This document shows, piece by piece, positions 1 through 8,720 of a stretch of DNA of 33,819 nt. Origin of the DNA: a virus (Duplodnaviria; Caudoviricetes); the IMG/VR virus record IMGVR_UViG_3300002092_000121, positions 1 to 33,819 of that record; one strand, written 5' to 3'. Position 1 is the stretch's first letter, and each line of letters opens with the position of its first letter. The notes beneath the pieces are model-generated. The model was not told the DNA's origin. It saw nothing but the letters and a program-made list of their open reading frames with translations, and ran no database searches. The translations under genes and the position numbers were made by a program.

Positions 1-2
1 AT

Positions 3-521
3 ATTTGCGTTGCTGGCGATACCCTAACCGAAATTGATACATACGCCCTAGAAAGCCATAAAACACGGTTTCCTTTACATTGGGCCGCTTATCAAAACAA
101 ACTAGGTGCTGATGACCAAGGTTACGAAGGTACACCTTTAGCCGAATGGCCTTTAGTATCCAAATCCCAAGCCGAAGAACTCCGCGCAATGAAGTTTCAC
201 ACGGTAGAAGCGGTAGCAGGGGCATCGGATCAGCAGCTACAAAGAATCGGTATGGCGGCAGGAATGTCACCCTATGCGTTCCGCGATAAAGCTAAAGCAT
301 TTTTAAATCTAGCGACTACTTCGGCAGAAACTGACAAGCGAGAAGCAGAAATCAACGCTTTAAAGGAAGAACTTGCCAAAAAGGAGCAAGAAACTGCTAA
401 AATAAAGCAAGAAACAGATGCGAAGCTGGCCTTAATGCAAGAACAAATGGCCACTATACTTGCCGCTGTTGGTGAAAAGAAACCCCGTAAAACTAAAACG
501 GTAGCCACAGAGGAAGCCTAA
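3..521 (+). CDS. Phage head-module hypothetical protein, 5'-truncated, with C-terminal coiled coil
   Basis: The frame of ORF 189..521 is open back to position 3 (ICVAGDTLTEIDTYALESHKTRFPLHWAAYQ...GTPLAEWP...). It lies between the capsid gene and the adaptor if the genome is circular. Confidence 0.75.
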   Translation: MCVAGDTLTEIDTYALESHKTRFPLHWAAYQNKLGADDQGYEGTPLAEWPLVSKSQAEELRAMKFHTVEAVAGASDQQLQRIGMAAGMSPYAFRDKAKAFLNLATTSAETDKREAEINALKEELAKKEQETAKIKQETDAKLALMQEQMATILAAVGEKKPRKTKTVATEEA

Positions 522-523
522 AT

Positions 524-1429
524 ATGTCAACTACAATGCTCCAATTAGTCCAGCAAGTTACCGCTGAACTTAACCTAGCCGTGCCTGCGTATGTCATCGG
601 AAACCCTAGTCAGGATGTGCAACAAATCCTAGCTTTGATGAACCGCGCTGGTTACGATTTGGTTAAAGAATACGATTGGCAAGCATTGGAGTTGGAATAT
701 CGCTTTTATACAACAGCCGTAACCACGACCTGCAACACTACGGATGGTACTTATTTATTAAATAACATTCCTAGTACCGCAGGTCTTGATTCTACTTATT
801 CCATTGTTGGCACAAGTATTCCCCAAGATACCTATGTTAATAATGTTATTGACGCAAATAGCTTAACTTCTACTCAATTGGCTTCGGCCACTAGCATAGG
901 TGGATCAGTCACATTTAGTAAGACTATTTACCCATTACCGCCCGATTACGAAACTATTACAGACAATACTCATTGGGATAAGACTAAACATTGGCAAATG
1001 CTTGGGCCAGTAGATGCTCAACAATGGCAATGGCTTAAGTCGGGATATATTTCAACTGGGCCTAGAGTTCGTTGGAGAATCTTGGGTAATACATTCCAAA
1101 TATGGCCTCCTTATAACACCCAAGAATATTTAGGATTTGAGTATCGTTCTAAAGGATGGGTAAGAAACGCGGCTGGGGATGTATTAAATAGCTTTCAAAA
1201 TGACAGCGACACAAGTGTTTTAGATAGCACAGTAATCGCTTTATTGACAAAGCTTAAGTATTTCCAAATTAAATCGTTTGATACAACATCCTTACAGCAA
1301 GATTATGTACGGTACTTGAATGTGGCCAAAGCCAATGATAAAGGTTCTGCTACCCTGTCTTTTGCCCCTTCCCCAAGTGCTGTATTGATTGGCTGGGCGA
1401 ATATTCCCGATACTGGCTACGGCTCTTAA
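524..1429 (+). CDS. Head-tail adaptor / tail tubular protein A-like
   Basis: 301 aa. Helical N-terminus (LQLVQQVTAEL...LMNRAGYDL..YDWQAL), YPLPPDY and GPRVRWRI motifs. Located immediately before the nozzle gene. Confidence 0.65.
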   Translation: MSTTMLQLVQQVTAELNLAVPAYVIGNPSQDVQQILALMNRAGYDLVKEYDWQALELEYRFYTTAVTTTCNTTDGTYLLNNIPSTAGLDSTYSIVGTSIPQDTYVNNVIDANSLTSTQLASATSIGGSVTFSKTIYPLPPDYETITDNTHWDKTKHWQMLGPVDAQQWQWLKSGYISTGPRVRWRILGNTFQIWPPYNTQEYLGFEYRSKGWVRNAAGDVLNSFQNDSDTSVLDSTVIALLTKLKYFQIKSFDTTSLQQDYVRYLNVAKANDKGSATLSFAPSPSAVLIGWANIPDTGYGS

Positions 1430-1431
1430 TC

Positions 1432-3432
1432 ATGCCAGTAGCTAAAAAGTTTACGGCAAACACGACTTCCGTACCCGCGCCCGTAGGCGGGTGGAATGGC
1501 AGGGATTCATTGGCCAATATGCAGCCGTTAGATGCGGTTCAGCTTGTCAATTGGTATCCTACCCCGACCGATGTAACAATGCGTAAAGGGTATTCGCTTA
1601 CTTCTATTTTGACTACTTCTACTGGCGTTAAAACCATTAGTAGTATTACCCATGTAAACGCAGTAGCAACTTTGACTACAGCTACGGCTCATGGATTGGC
1701 AACGGGCGCGTATGTATCCATTACAGGTACAACGCCTGCTGCTTATAGTGGCGTATTTAAAATAACGGTTACTAGCACTACAGCCTTTACTTATACGATG
1801 GCTAGTTCTCCTGCTGGTAACGCTACAGTAGTTGGAACATACCTAAATCAAGCTAAAACCCCCGTCAATACTTTAATGAATTACACCCTAAATACGGGAT
1901 ATAAGCTTTATGGCGCGGCAGGTGCGGATATTTGGGAAACTAAAGCGAACCCTGCTGTCAAAGTATTTACTGGATTAAGCAGCGATAAGTTACAGTTTGT
2001 AAACATGACAAACCAAGCGGGCCATTTTTTAGTGGCTTGTAATGGCGTTGATCCTGTAACCATTTTTGACGGCACTTCATGGTTTTATGTAGCAACAACT
2101 TCCACAGCCGCCACTATCAGCACAATTACCCATGTAACCAATGTCGCTACTGTTACTACCGCAACTGCACACGGTCTAGTAACAAATAACAGGGTAACCA
2201 TTTCAGGTGCTAGTTCTGACGAATACAACGGTACTTACTACATCACCGTAACTGGCACAACGACTTTTACCTACACAATGGCATCAACTCCTGCATTAAA
2301 CGCTACTGTTGTGGGTAGCTATACCGTTATTGGAATAACTGGCGTAAACAGTAACACATTTGTTAATGTCAACTTGTTTAAAAATCGCTTGTATTTTACC
2401 CAAAAAGACACTTTAAACGCTTGGTTTTTGCCCGTAGATTCTATTGGTGGTACAGCTTCCCCGCTTTATTTTGGTGGTATTGCGCGTAATGCAGGTTACT
2501 TACAGGCAATGGGTACATGGACATTAGATGCTGGTCAAGGTGCTGACGATTACGCAGTATTTGTTACTAGCATGGGCGAAACCATTGTTTATAACGGAAC
2601 TGATCCCGCTGATCCTGCAAACTGGGCCTTAAAAGGCGTATGGCAGTTAGGCCAAACATTTAGTCGCAGGTGCTTCTTTAAATGGGCTGGCGATTTGCTT
2701 TTGCTTACTCAAGATGGTTTAGTTCCATTGGCTTCTGCCTTGCAATCCTCTCGTTTAGACCCCCGTGTAAACTTAACGGACAAGATTTATTACCCAATTA
2801 GTCAGGCCGCAAGCTTGTATTTTGCTTCTTTTGGGTGGCAAATCCAGTATTTTGCTTCTGAAAATATGCTTATTTTGAATATTCCAATTCCTAACGGGAT
2901 TGAGCAATATGTCATGCACACGATTACAAAGTCTTGGGCTAGATTTACCAATATTCAAGGATATTGCTGGGAAGTATCAGGCGATGCGGATATGCACTTT
3001 GGTAGCGATGGATTTGTTGGTAACTTTTATGATACCTTGTCCGATGACGGCAATAACATTAGCGCAACGGCCCAACAAGCGTATAGCTATTTTGACAGCG
3101 CAGGCCAATTAAAGCGTTTTATGATGGTTAGGCCAATACTTCAATCTACGGGTGGCGTACCGAGCGTTCTATGCGGTTTAAGCGTGGATTTTGACACTCA
3201 ATCCCAGCTCGGACAGGTTTCATTTAATCCTACTACGCAATCTGAAGGTGTTTGGGATGCGGCAACTTGGGATAACAATGTTTGGGGTGGTGGCCTGATT
3301 ACCACTAAAATATGGCAAGGCGTAACTGGACTTGGGTTTAGCGGTTCAGTAAACTTAAATGCTGTAAGCCGTAATATTGAATTGCATTGGGCTAGTACCG
3401 ATTATGTAATGGAGCGCGGAGGCGTATTGTAA
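1432..3432 (+). CDS. Tail nozzle / tail tubular protein B (P22 gp10-like) with two inserted beta-rich repeat domains
   Basis: 666 aa. PAPVGGWN N-terminus, beta-propeller-like composition (FKNRLYF, GDLLLLTQDG), WD..WD..WG C-terminal motif, and synteny. Confidence 0.7.
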   Translation: MPVAKKFTANTTSVPAPVGGWNGRDSLANMQPLDAVQLVNWYPTPTDVTMRKGYSLTSILTTSTGVKTISSITHVNAVATLTTATAHGLATGAYVSITGTTPAAYSGVFKITVTSTTAFTYTMASSPAGNATVVGTYLNQAKTPVNTLMNYTLNTGYKLYGAAGADIWETKANPAVKVFTGLSSDKLQFVNMTNQAGHFLVACNGVDPVTIFDGTSWFYVATTSTAATISTITHVTNVATVTTATAHGLVTNNRVTISGASSDEYNGTYYITVTGTTTFTYTMASTPALNATVVGSYTVIGITGVNSNTFVNVNLFKNRLYFTQKDTLNAWFLPVDSIGGTASPLYFGGIARNAGYLQAMGTWTLDAGQGADDYAVFVTSMGETIVYNGTDPADPANWALKGVWQLGQTFSRRCFFKWAGDLLLLTQDGLVPLASALQSSRLDPRVNLTDKIYYPISQAASLYFASFGWQIQYFASENMLILNIPIPNGIEQYVMHTITKSWARFTNIQGYCWEVSGDADMHFGSDGFVGNFYDTLSDDGNNISATAQQAYSYFDSAGQLKRFMMVRPILQSTGGVPSVLCGLSVDFDTQSQLGQVSFNPTTQSEGVWDAATWDNNVWGGGLITTKIWQGVTGLGFSGSVNLNAVSRNIELHWASTDYVMERGGVL

Positions 3433-3876
3433 TTGCGTAGAGTTACTACTGAAAATCAAAAGTACATGGGTGATTGGCTGGTTCGATTAATGAATCATCC
3501 GATGCCAATAGATACAGTATCAATCGGTCAAGAGATAGACGGCACTTTAGTAGCAGTAGTAGGATTTAACGGATTTATGCCAAAAGCGTGTCAAATGCAC
3601 ATCGCTGCGGTAGATGAAGTGAACTGGATGAGTAGAGATTTATTGTGGGCGGCTTTTGATTATCCCTTTAATAAACTTGGAGTTAGCGTTATACTAGGGC
3701 AAGTTTGTGCAGATAATGAATCTGCCCTAAAACTAAACCGACACCTTGGTTTTAAAGTAATAGCCGAAATCCCTGATGCTCACATGGATGGTGATTTAGT
3801 GATTATGGCTATGAGGCGTGAAGATTGTCGATTTCTCGACATCAAATGCCCTTTAAGAACAGCAAGAGGAGAATAA
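3433..3876 (+). CDS. GNAT-fold acetyltransferase-like virion assembly protein
   Basis: TTG start. GNAT C-terminal motif N..ALKLNRHLGFK. Sits between nozzle and ejection proteins, as is typical of podoviruses. Confidence 0.75.
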   Translation: MRRVTTENQKYMGDWLVRLMNHPMPIDTVSIGQEIDGTLVAVVGFNGFMPKACQMHIAAVDEVNWMSRDLLWAAFDYPFNKLGVSVILGQVCADNESALKLNRHLGFKVIAEIPDAHMDGDLVIMAMRREDCRFLDIKCPLRTARGE

Positions 3877-3877
3877 C

Positions 3878-5164
3878 ATGGGTGGTGGTGGATTTTTAGG
3901 ATTAGGGCCTGCGCCAAGTGCGCCCCCTGCGCCCGATTATACTGGGGCAGCTAACGCAACAGCGGCAGGTAATTTAGATGCGGCAAGAGCCGCTACTGCT
4001 GCCAACCGTGTAAACCAAGTTACTCCTTATGGCAATCTTGACTATACTCAATCAGGTACAGATTCATACGGTAACCCCACTTGGACAGCGACTACATCGC
4101 TTAATAATACTGGCCAACAGCTTTTAAATACCCAAAATAATGCTAGTTTAGGTTTAGGTAGTGCAATCAACGCACAATTAGGTCAAGTACAAAATGTAAT
4201 GGGCCAAGGGTTTAACCCAAATACAGCCCCTATTACTACCAATGTAGGCCAAGCCAATTTAAACCCATTATCAGGCCAAGCTAACTTACAAACATCCACC
4301 GATTATGCTGGTGGCATGGCTGGCTGGGATAAAGCGAACCAATTGCTAATGTCGCGTTTACAGCCACAAATGCAAATTCAGCAACAAAACTTGGATGCTC
4401 AATTGGCCAATCAAGGTTTGGCACAAGGTACTGAAGCTTACAATCGCGCCAAAATGTCTTTGGGTATGCAGCAAAATGATTTGTTAAATCAAGCCCAATT
4501 GTCAGGTTTAAGCGCAGGTAACACCTTGTTTAATCAGGGATTACAGGGCGCACAATTTGGTAATGCAGCGCAACAACAAGGTTACCAAAACCAGCAAACC
4601 CAGCAACAAGCTAACAACGCTATTGCACAGCAACAATTTGGTAATCAAATGTCAAATGCCAATCTTGGTAATGCTGCACAGCAACAACAATTTAACCAAG
4701 CGCAGACACAATACAATATGCCACTCAATACATTGAGCGCGTTGCGTACTGGAGCGCAGGTTCAAAACCCTACTTTTGTTAATGCACCGCAACAAGCTAC
4801 TACTGCTGGCCCTGATTTATTGGGTGCTACAACGGCTGCTGGTAACTACAATATGGCTGGCTTTAATGCTGCCAATGCGTCACAAGCTGGATTTAACAGC
4901 GGATTAATGGGATTAGGCGGTACTTTGGGCGCAGCAGCAATTATGTCTGACATCCGTACCAAAGAAAACATTGAACCAATTGGCGTAGCTAAAAATGGCT
5001 TGACCGTGTACAAGTATGAATACAAACTTGCATTTAAAGATCATCAATTGGCAGGTAGTGGCGTTCATTACGGTTACATGGCTCAAGAAGTTGAGCAAGT
5101 ATTCCCGTATGCAGTTCGTACACTTGATGACGGCTATAAAGTCGTAGATTACGGTTTACTATGA
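3878..5164 (+). CDS. Internal virion / DNA ejection protein with C-terminal peptidase S74 (intramolecular chaperone) domain
   Basis: Q/N/A/G-rich body. C-terminal SDIRTKENI...YKYEYK...GYMAQEVEQVFPYAV...VDY matches the S74 signature. Confidence 0.75.
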   Translation: MGGGGFLGLGPAPSAPPAPDYTGAANATAAGNLDAARAATAANRVNQVTPYGNLDYTQSGTDSYGNPTWTATTSLNNTGQQLLNTQNNASLGLGSAINAQLGQVQNVMGQGFNPNTAPITTNVGQANLNPLSGQANLQTSTDYAGGMAGWDKANQLLMSRLQPQMQIQQQNLDAQLANQGLAQGTEAYNRAKMSLGMQQNDLLNQAQLSGLSAGNTLFNQGLQGAQFGNAAQQQGYQNQQTQQQANNAIAQQQFGNQMSNANLGNAAQQQQFNQAQTQYNMPLNTLSALRTGAQVQNPTFVNAPQQATTAGPDLLGATTAAGNYNMAGFNAANASQAGFNSGLMGLGGTLGAAAIMSDIRTKENIEPIGVAKNGLTVYKYEYKLAFKDHQLAGSGVHYGYMAQEVEQVFPYAVRTLDDGYKVVDYGLL

Positions 5165-5475
5165 ACCAGTACATTTCTGAAATTGCCCCGTACTTCCCAC
5201 AGGATGACCAAAAAAATATGTCACCTGTTTTTCAAAATGCTGCGGCACAACAAGCATTTATGAATCAACAACTTGCACAAAGCAATCAGATGGCACAACC
5301 GCAATCACACAGCAATGGTTATTCGGGAATGAACCCTTTAGCTATGGCTTCTATGTTGCGTAAAAAAGACCCATACGAACAAGCTCAACAAGCAATGAAT
5401 AAGTATGGTGCAGAGAATGTTTATGGCTTTGGTGGCCAAGGTCAAACGCCTACTAGCTGGAACGGGGAAGCATAA
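5161..5475 (+). CDS. Hypothetical virion-module protein
   Basis: 104 aa, Q/M-rich, translationally coupled to both neighbours (ATGA and TAATG overlaps). Confidence 0.6.
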   Translation: MNQYISEIAPYFPQDDQKNMSPVFQNAAAQQAFMNQQLAQSNQMAQPQSHSNGYSGMNPLAMASMLRKKDPYEQAQQAMNKYGAENVYGFGGQGQTPTSWNGEA

Positions 5476-6869
5476 TGGCAGATTACAATTTAGCTCAAGC
5501 TGGCACTTTATCTCCTGAAGATTACGCTCAACAGCAATCATTAAGCCGTCAACAACGGTTTGCAGAAATGTTGATGCAGCAAAATCAACAACCGCAAGGC
5601 CAAATGGTTAGCGGTCGCTATGTTGCTCCTAGCTTTTTCCAAATGTTACAACCAGTAGCCAATATGCTTGCTGGTGCTTATGTTGGTAAACAAAGTGACG
5701 AACAAGCTTCAAAACTTGCTCAAAAATTACGCACTCAAGAAATGGCAGACCTTGAGAGATACCAAACAATGAGTAACGGCAGGCCACAGCTACCAAGCGA
5801 AGAACTTGCTGGCCCTGCTTATAACGGTGTTGCTCCAAAGATTGATTACCCTGCAATACAAGCTAACCCACAAGCTGCTAACTTAATGGCTGCAAGCTCT
5901 TATAGCCCAGCATTACGCGCTATGGGTATGAAAAAGCTTACCGAAGGGCCTAAATGGAACGAAGTTAGTAAATATAACGAAAAAACTGGTAATACAGACA
6001 CTTATGTTTATGACCAAAATTCTCCTAACCCTGAATCAACAATGCGTTATGTATCTACATCCAAGCCTGCGTTAAGCCCGCATGAGCAGCTTACATTAAA
6101 CGATTCAGGCATTGGTACAGGTAGATTTGGTGGTGCAGGGCCTACAGGTGGCAATCCTGTTATGAATCCATCCATGAACCCTGCCGTAAATCCTGCTGTC
6201 AATCCTGCCGTAAACCCTGCAATGCCAGTAATTAAACCTGTATCTGCTACTAATGCTCCTGAAGATACTTTGGTTAAAACATACGGTTACGATCCATTTA
6301 AACCGCCTCCAATGCCAGCAATGCCAAGTGGTTCTGCTGCTAGAGGATGGAAAGCCGATTTGTACAAACCATTAGACGGAACACCTGCCAATACAGTTAC
6401 GGGTGCTACTACTTATGTTGATGCTTTGGGTAAATACAGCAATTATGTCAATGGCTTAAAAGCTACAGACTTAACTAATCCGCAAGTACAAAAACAACTT
6501 ACTTCGCTGTACGCGCAAGTTAAATTGACAGGTAAAGAAGCCAACAATTTAGGCGTATTAAACGGTGGTGACGAGCGCATCTTGGAAGAAGTTGTGCCTA
6601 ACTACGGCAATATTATGGTTACTAAAAAGACCGTACAAAAAATTTTGGATGAGCAAAAAGAGTTTGGTAGCAGCAAGATTGTGGCCACATACAGAACGGC
6701 TCAAAAACCTGTTCCTGAAAATATGCGTAAGTATGTTGTTACCCCTAAAGTTGAAGCTGCCCCCGCAGTAGATGTAAAGACTTATCTAAAAGACAAAAAT
6801 ATTCCCTACGATTCATCTTACGAATATAAGGTGAACCCTGACGGTAGCGTAGATAGAAGGAAGAAATAA
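5475..6869 (+). CDS. DNA ejection / internal virion protein
   Basis: 464 aa. Q-rich N-terminus with GQMVSGRYVAPS motif, Pro-rich linker, and synteny. Confidence 0.6.
   Translation: MADYNLAQAGTLSPEDYAQQQSLSRQQRFAEMLMQQNQQPQGQMVSGRYVAPSFFQMLQPVANMLAGAYVGKQSDEQASKLAQKLRTQEMADLERYQTMSNGRPQLPSEELAGPAYNGVAPKIDYPAIQANPQAANLMAASSYSPALRAMGMKKLTEGPKWNEVSKYNEKTGNTDTYVYDQNSPNPESTMRYVSTSKPALSPHEQLTLNDSGIGTGRFGGAGPTGGNPVMNPSMNPAVNPAVNPAVNPAMPVIKPVSATNAPEDTLVKTYGYDPFKPPPMPAMPSGSAARGWKADLYKPLDGTPANTVTGATTYVDALGKYSNYVNGLKATDLTNPQVQKQLTSLYAQVKLTGKEANNLGVLNGGDERILEEVVPNYGNIMVTKKTVQKILDEQKEFGSSKIVATYRTAQKPVPENMRKYVVTPKVEAAPAVDVKTYLKDKNIPYDSSYEYKVNPDGSVDRRKK
6151..6225 (+). repeat. 12-bp-period coding tandem repeat (NPxx)6
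   Basis: Encodes NPVM NPSM NPAV NPAV NPAV NPAM with synonymous codon variation. Confidence 0.85.
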
Positions 6870-6870
6870 G

Positions 6871-8487
6871 ATGAGCGATTGGGAAAGAGTAGTAGCCCCG
6901 TCTAGTCCGACTTCTCCTGATTGGGAGCGATTAGATCAGCCTAAAGAAACTGCGTATGATCGGTTTCTGAACGCTATTGAAATTCCTAAAATGCAAGGCA
7001 ATCAAGTTGTTGGGCCTATGGCCGTTGCTGGTGCTGGAGAATTAATCAAGGGCGCGGGCGCGGCTACTGAATTAATGTTCCCTGAAACTGGCCGTAATAT
7101 TTCTCGTTTAGGCGAAAGATTGACTGGCCAAGTAAAAGAACAATATCCAGTAGCAGGCACGGCAGGTCAGATTGGTTCTTATGCTGTTCCGTATTCTGCT
7201 GCTCAAAAGATAGCCAATGTTCTTAAATCTATTCCGCAAGTAAGCAATGTTATTGGAAAAATTCCTAGTTTTGCTGCTGCCGTAGGTGAACAGTCTGCTA
7301 TCGGTGCAGGTACTGGCGCGTTATTAACCCCAAATATTGAAGATCGCGGTAATGCAGCTACATGGGGCGCAGCTACTGGCCCTGTTGGTGAAATTCTTGC
7401 CCCAGCCGCTAAATTTACTGGCAAAGCATTATCCGAAACACTAGGTTTAACTACTGGTGCAGGTAGCAAGTCTATTGAAGAAGCTGCCAAAGCGGGTGCT
7501 ACTGGTAATCAGCAATTTATTCAAAACCTGCGTGGCGAAGTTCCTGTTAAAGATGTATTGGAAGCTGCTCAATCAGGTATGCAAGCCCTTAAAACCCAAC
7601 GCAGACAGGCGTATGAGCAAGGAATTGCCACTACCAAACCAAGCCAAAAAATTGTTGCGGGTAAACCCTTACCAAAACCTGCGCCAAGATTAGATTTTGC
7701 CCCTATTGAAGATTCTTTTAAACAATCTATTGACAATCTTAAGGTACAAGGCGGTGGCGATATTGCTTCTGCCGTTGGCGAAGATTCTTTAAAAGATATT
7801 AATAAAATCAAAGCCGTAGTAGATGAATGGAATACTAAAAAAGGCCTTCATACTGCCGAAGGATTAGATATTCTGAAGCGTAGAATTGATGACTTATATC
7901 GTAACGATATGACGAATGAAGCCAAATCCGTATTATCTCAAACCCGTAATACGGTAAAACAAACTATTGTTAAGCAAGACAAAAATTACGCTAAAACAAT
8001 GAAAGATTACGAAGAATCTTTAGGTATTGAGCGCGACCTAGAAAAAGCATTATCTTTAGGTGACCGTGTTTCTGCCGATACAGCTATTCGTAAGCTTCAA
8101 TCCTTAACCCGCAATAATGTCAACGCCAATTACGGTTACCGTAAAGAATTGGCCGATGTATTGCGTACCCAAGGCGGGGTAGATTTAATGCCTGCTTTAG
8201 CTGGACAGTCTTTAAATACATGGATTCCTCGCGGTATGCACCGTATTGTTCCTGAATTGACGGCTGGTAGTGCTATCGGTGGTGTTGCATTGGCTGGCCC
8301 TGCTGGTCTAGCCCCACTAGCTACACTTCCATTACAAAGCCCTAGATTGGTCGGGGAAGCAACTTATAAAGCTGGAAAAATGGCAAAACCCGTATTAGAT
8401 TTAGCAAATTCAGGCACTCCCGAACAAAGAAGAATAGCAAAACTATTAATTATGAGAGCCACACAACAAGGAGCATCAAATGAGTAG
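6871..8487 (+). CDS. DNA ejection / internal virion protein
   Basis: 538 aa, A/G-rich helical protein with C-terminal LQSPRLVGEA motif typical of podovirus ejection proteins. Confidence 0.6.
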   Translation: MSDWERVVAPSSPTSPDWERLDQPKETAYDRFLNAIEIPKMQGNQVVGPMAVAGAGELIKGAGAATELMFPETGRNISRLGERLTGQVKEQYPVAGTAGQIGSYAVPYSAAQKIANVLKSIPQVSNVIGKIPSFAAAVGEQSAIGAGTGALLTPNIEDRGNAATWGAATGPVGEILAPAAKFTGKALSETLGLTTGAGSKSIEEAAKAGATGNQQFIQNLRGEVPVKDVLEAAQSGMQALKTQRRQAYEQGIATTKPSQKIVAGKPLPKPAPRLDFAPIEDSFKQSIDNLKVQGGGDIASAVGEDSLKDINKIKAVVDEWNTKKGLHTAEGLDILKRRIDDLYRNDMTNEAKSVLSQTRNTVKQTIVKQDKNYAKTMKDYEESLGIERDLEKALSLGDRVSADTAIRKLQSLTRNNVNANYGYRKELADVLRTQGGVDLMPALAGQSLNTWIPRGMHRIVPELTAGSAIGGVALAGPAGLAPLATLPLQSPRLVGEATYKAGKMAKPVLDLANSGTPEQRRIAKLLIMRATQQGASNE

Positions 8488-8719
8488 AAACGGATCGGGA
8501 ACATATACCCTCCCCGCTGGAAACCCAGTAGTCACAGGTACTACTATTACAAGTAGCTGGGCTAATACTACAATGCAAAATATTGCCGATGGATTAACTC
8601 AATCTGTATCTGCTGACGGTCAAACACCTATGTCAGGAGCTTTAAATATGGCAACAAACGACATTAATAATGTTGGTACATTAACAGCCTTAACAGGCAT
8701 CTTTGGCGGGACATACTAA
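8480..8719 (+). CDS. Short tail-fibre anchor/adaptor protein
   Basis: MSRNGSGTYTLPAGNPVVTGTTI.S.WAN...IA..LTQS...DGQ is a tail-fibre N-terminal anchor domain. Here it stands alone and ends in GGTY. Confidence 0.7.
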   Translation: MSRNGSGTYTLPAGNPVVTGTTITSSWANTTMQNIADGLTQSVSADGQTPMSGALNMATNDINNVGTLTALTGIFGGTY

Positions 8720-8720
8720 A

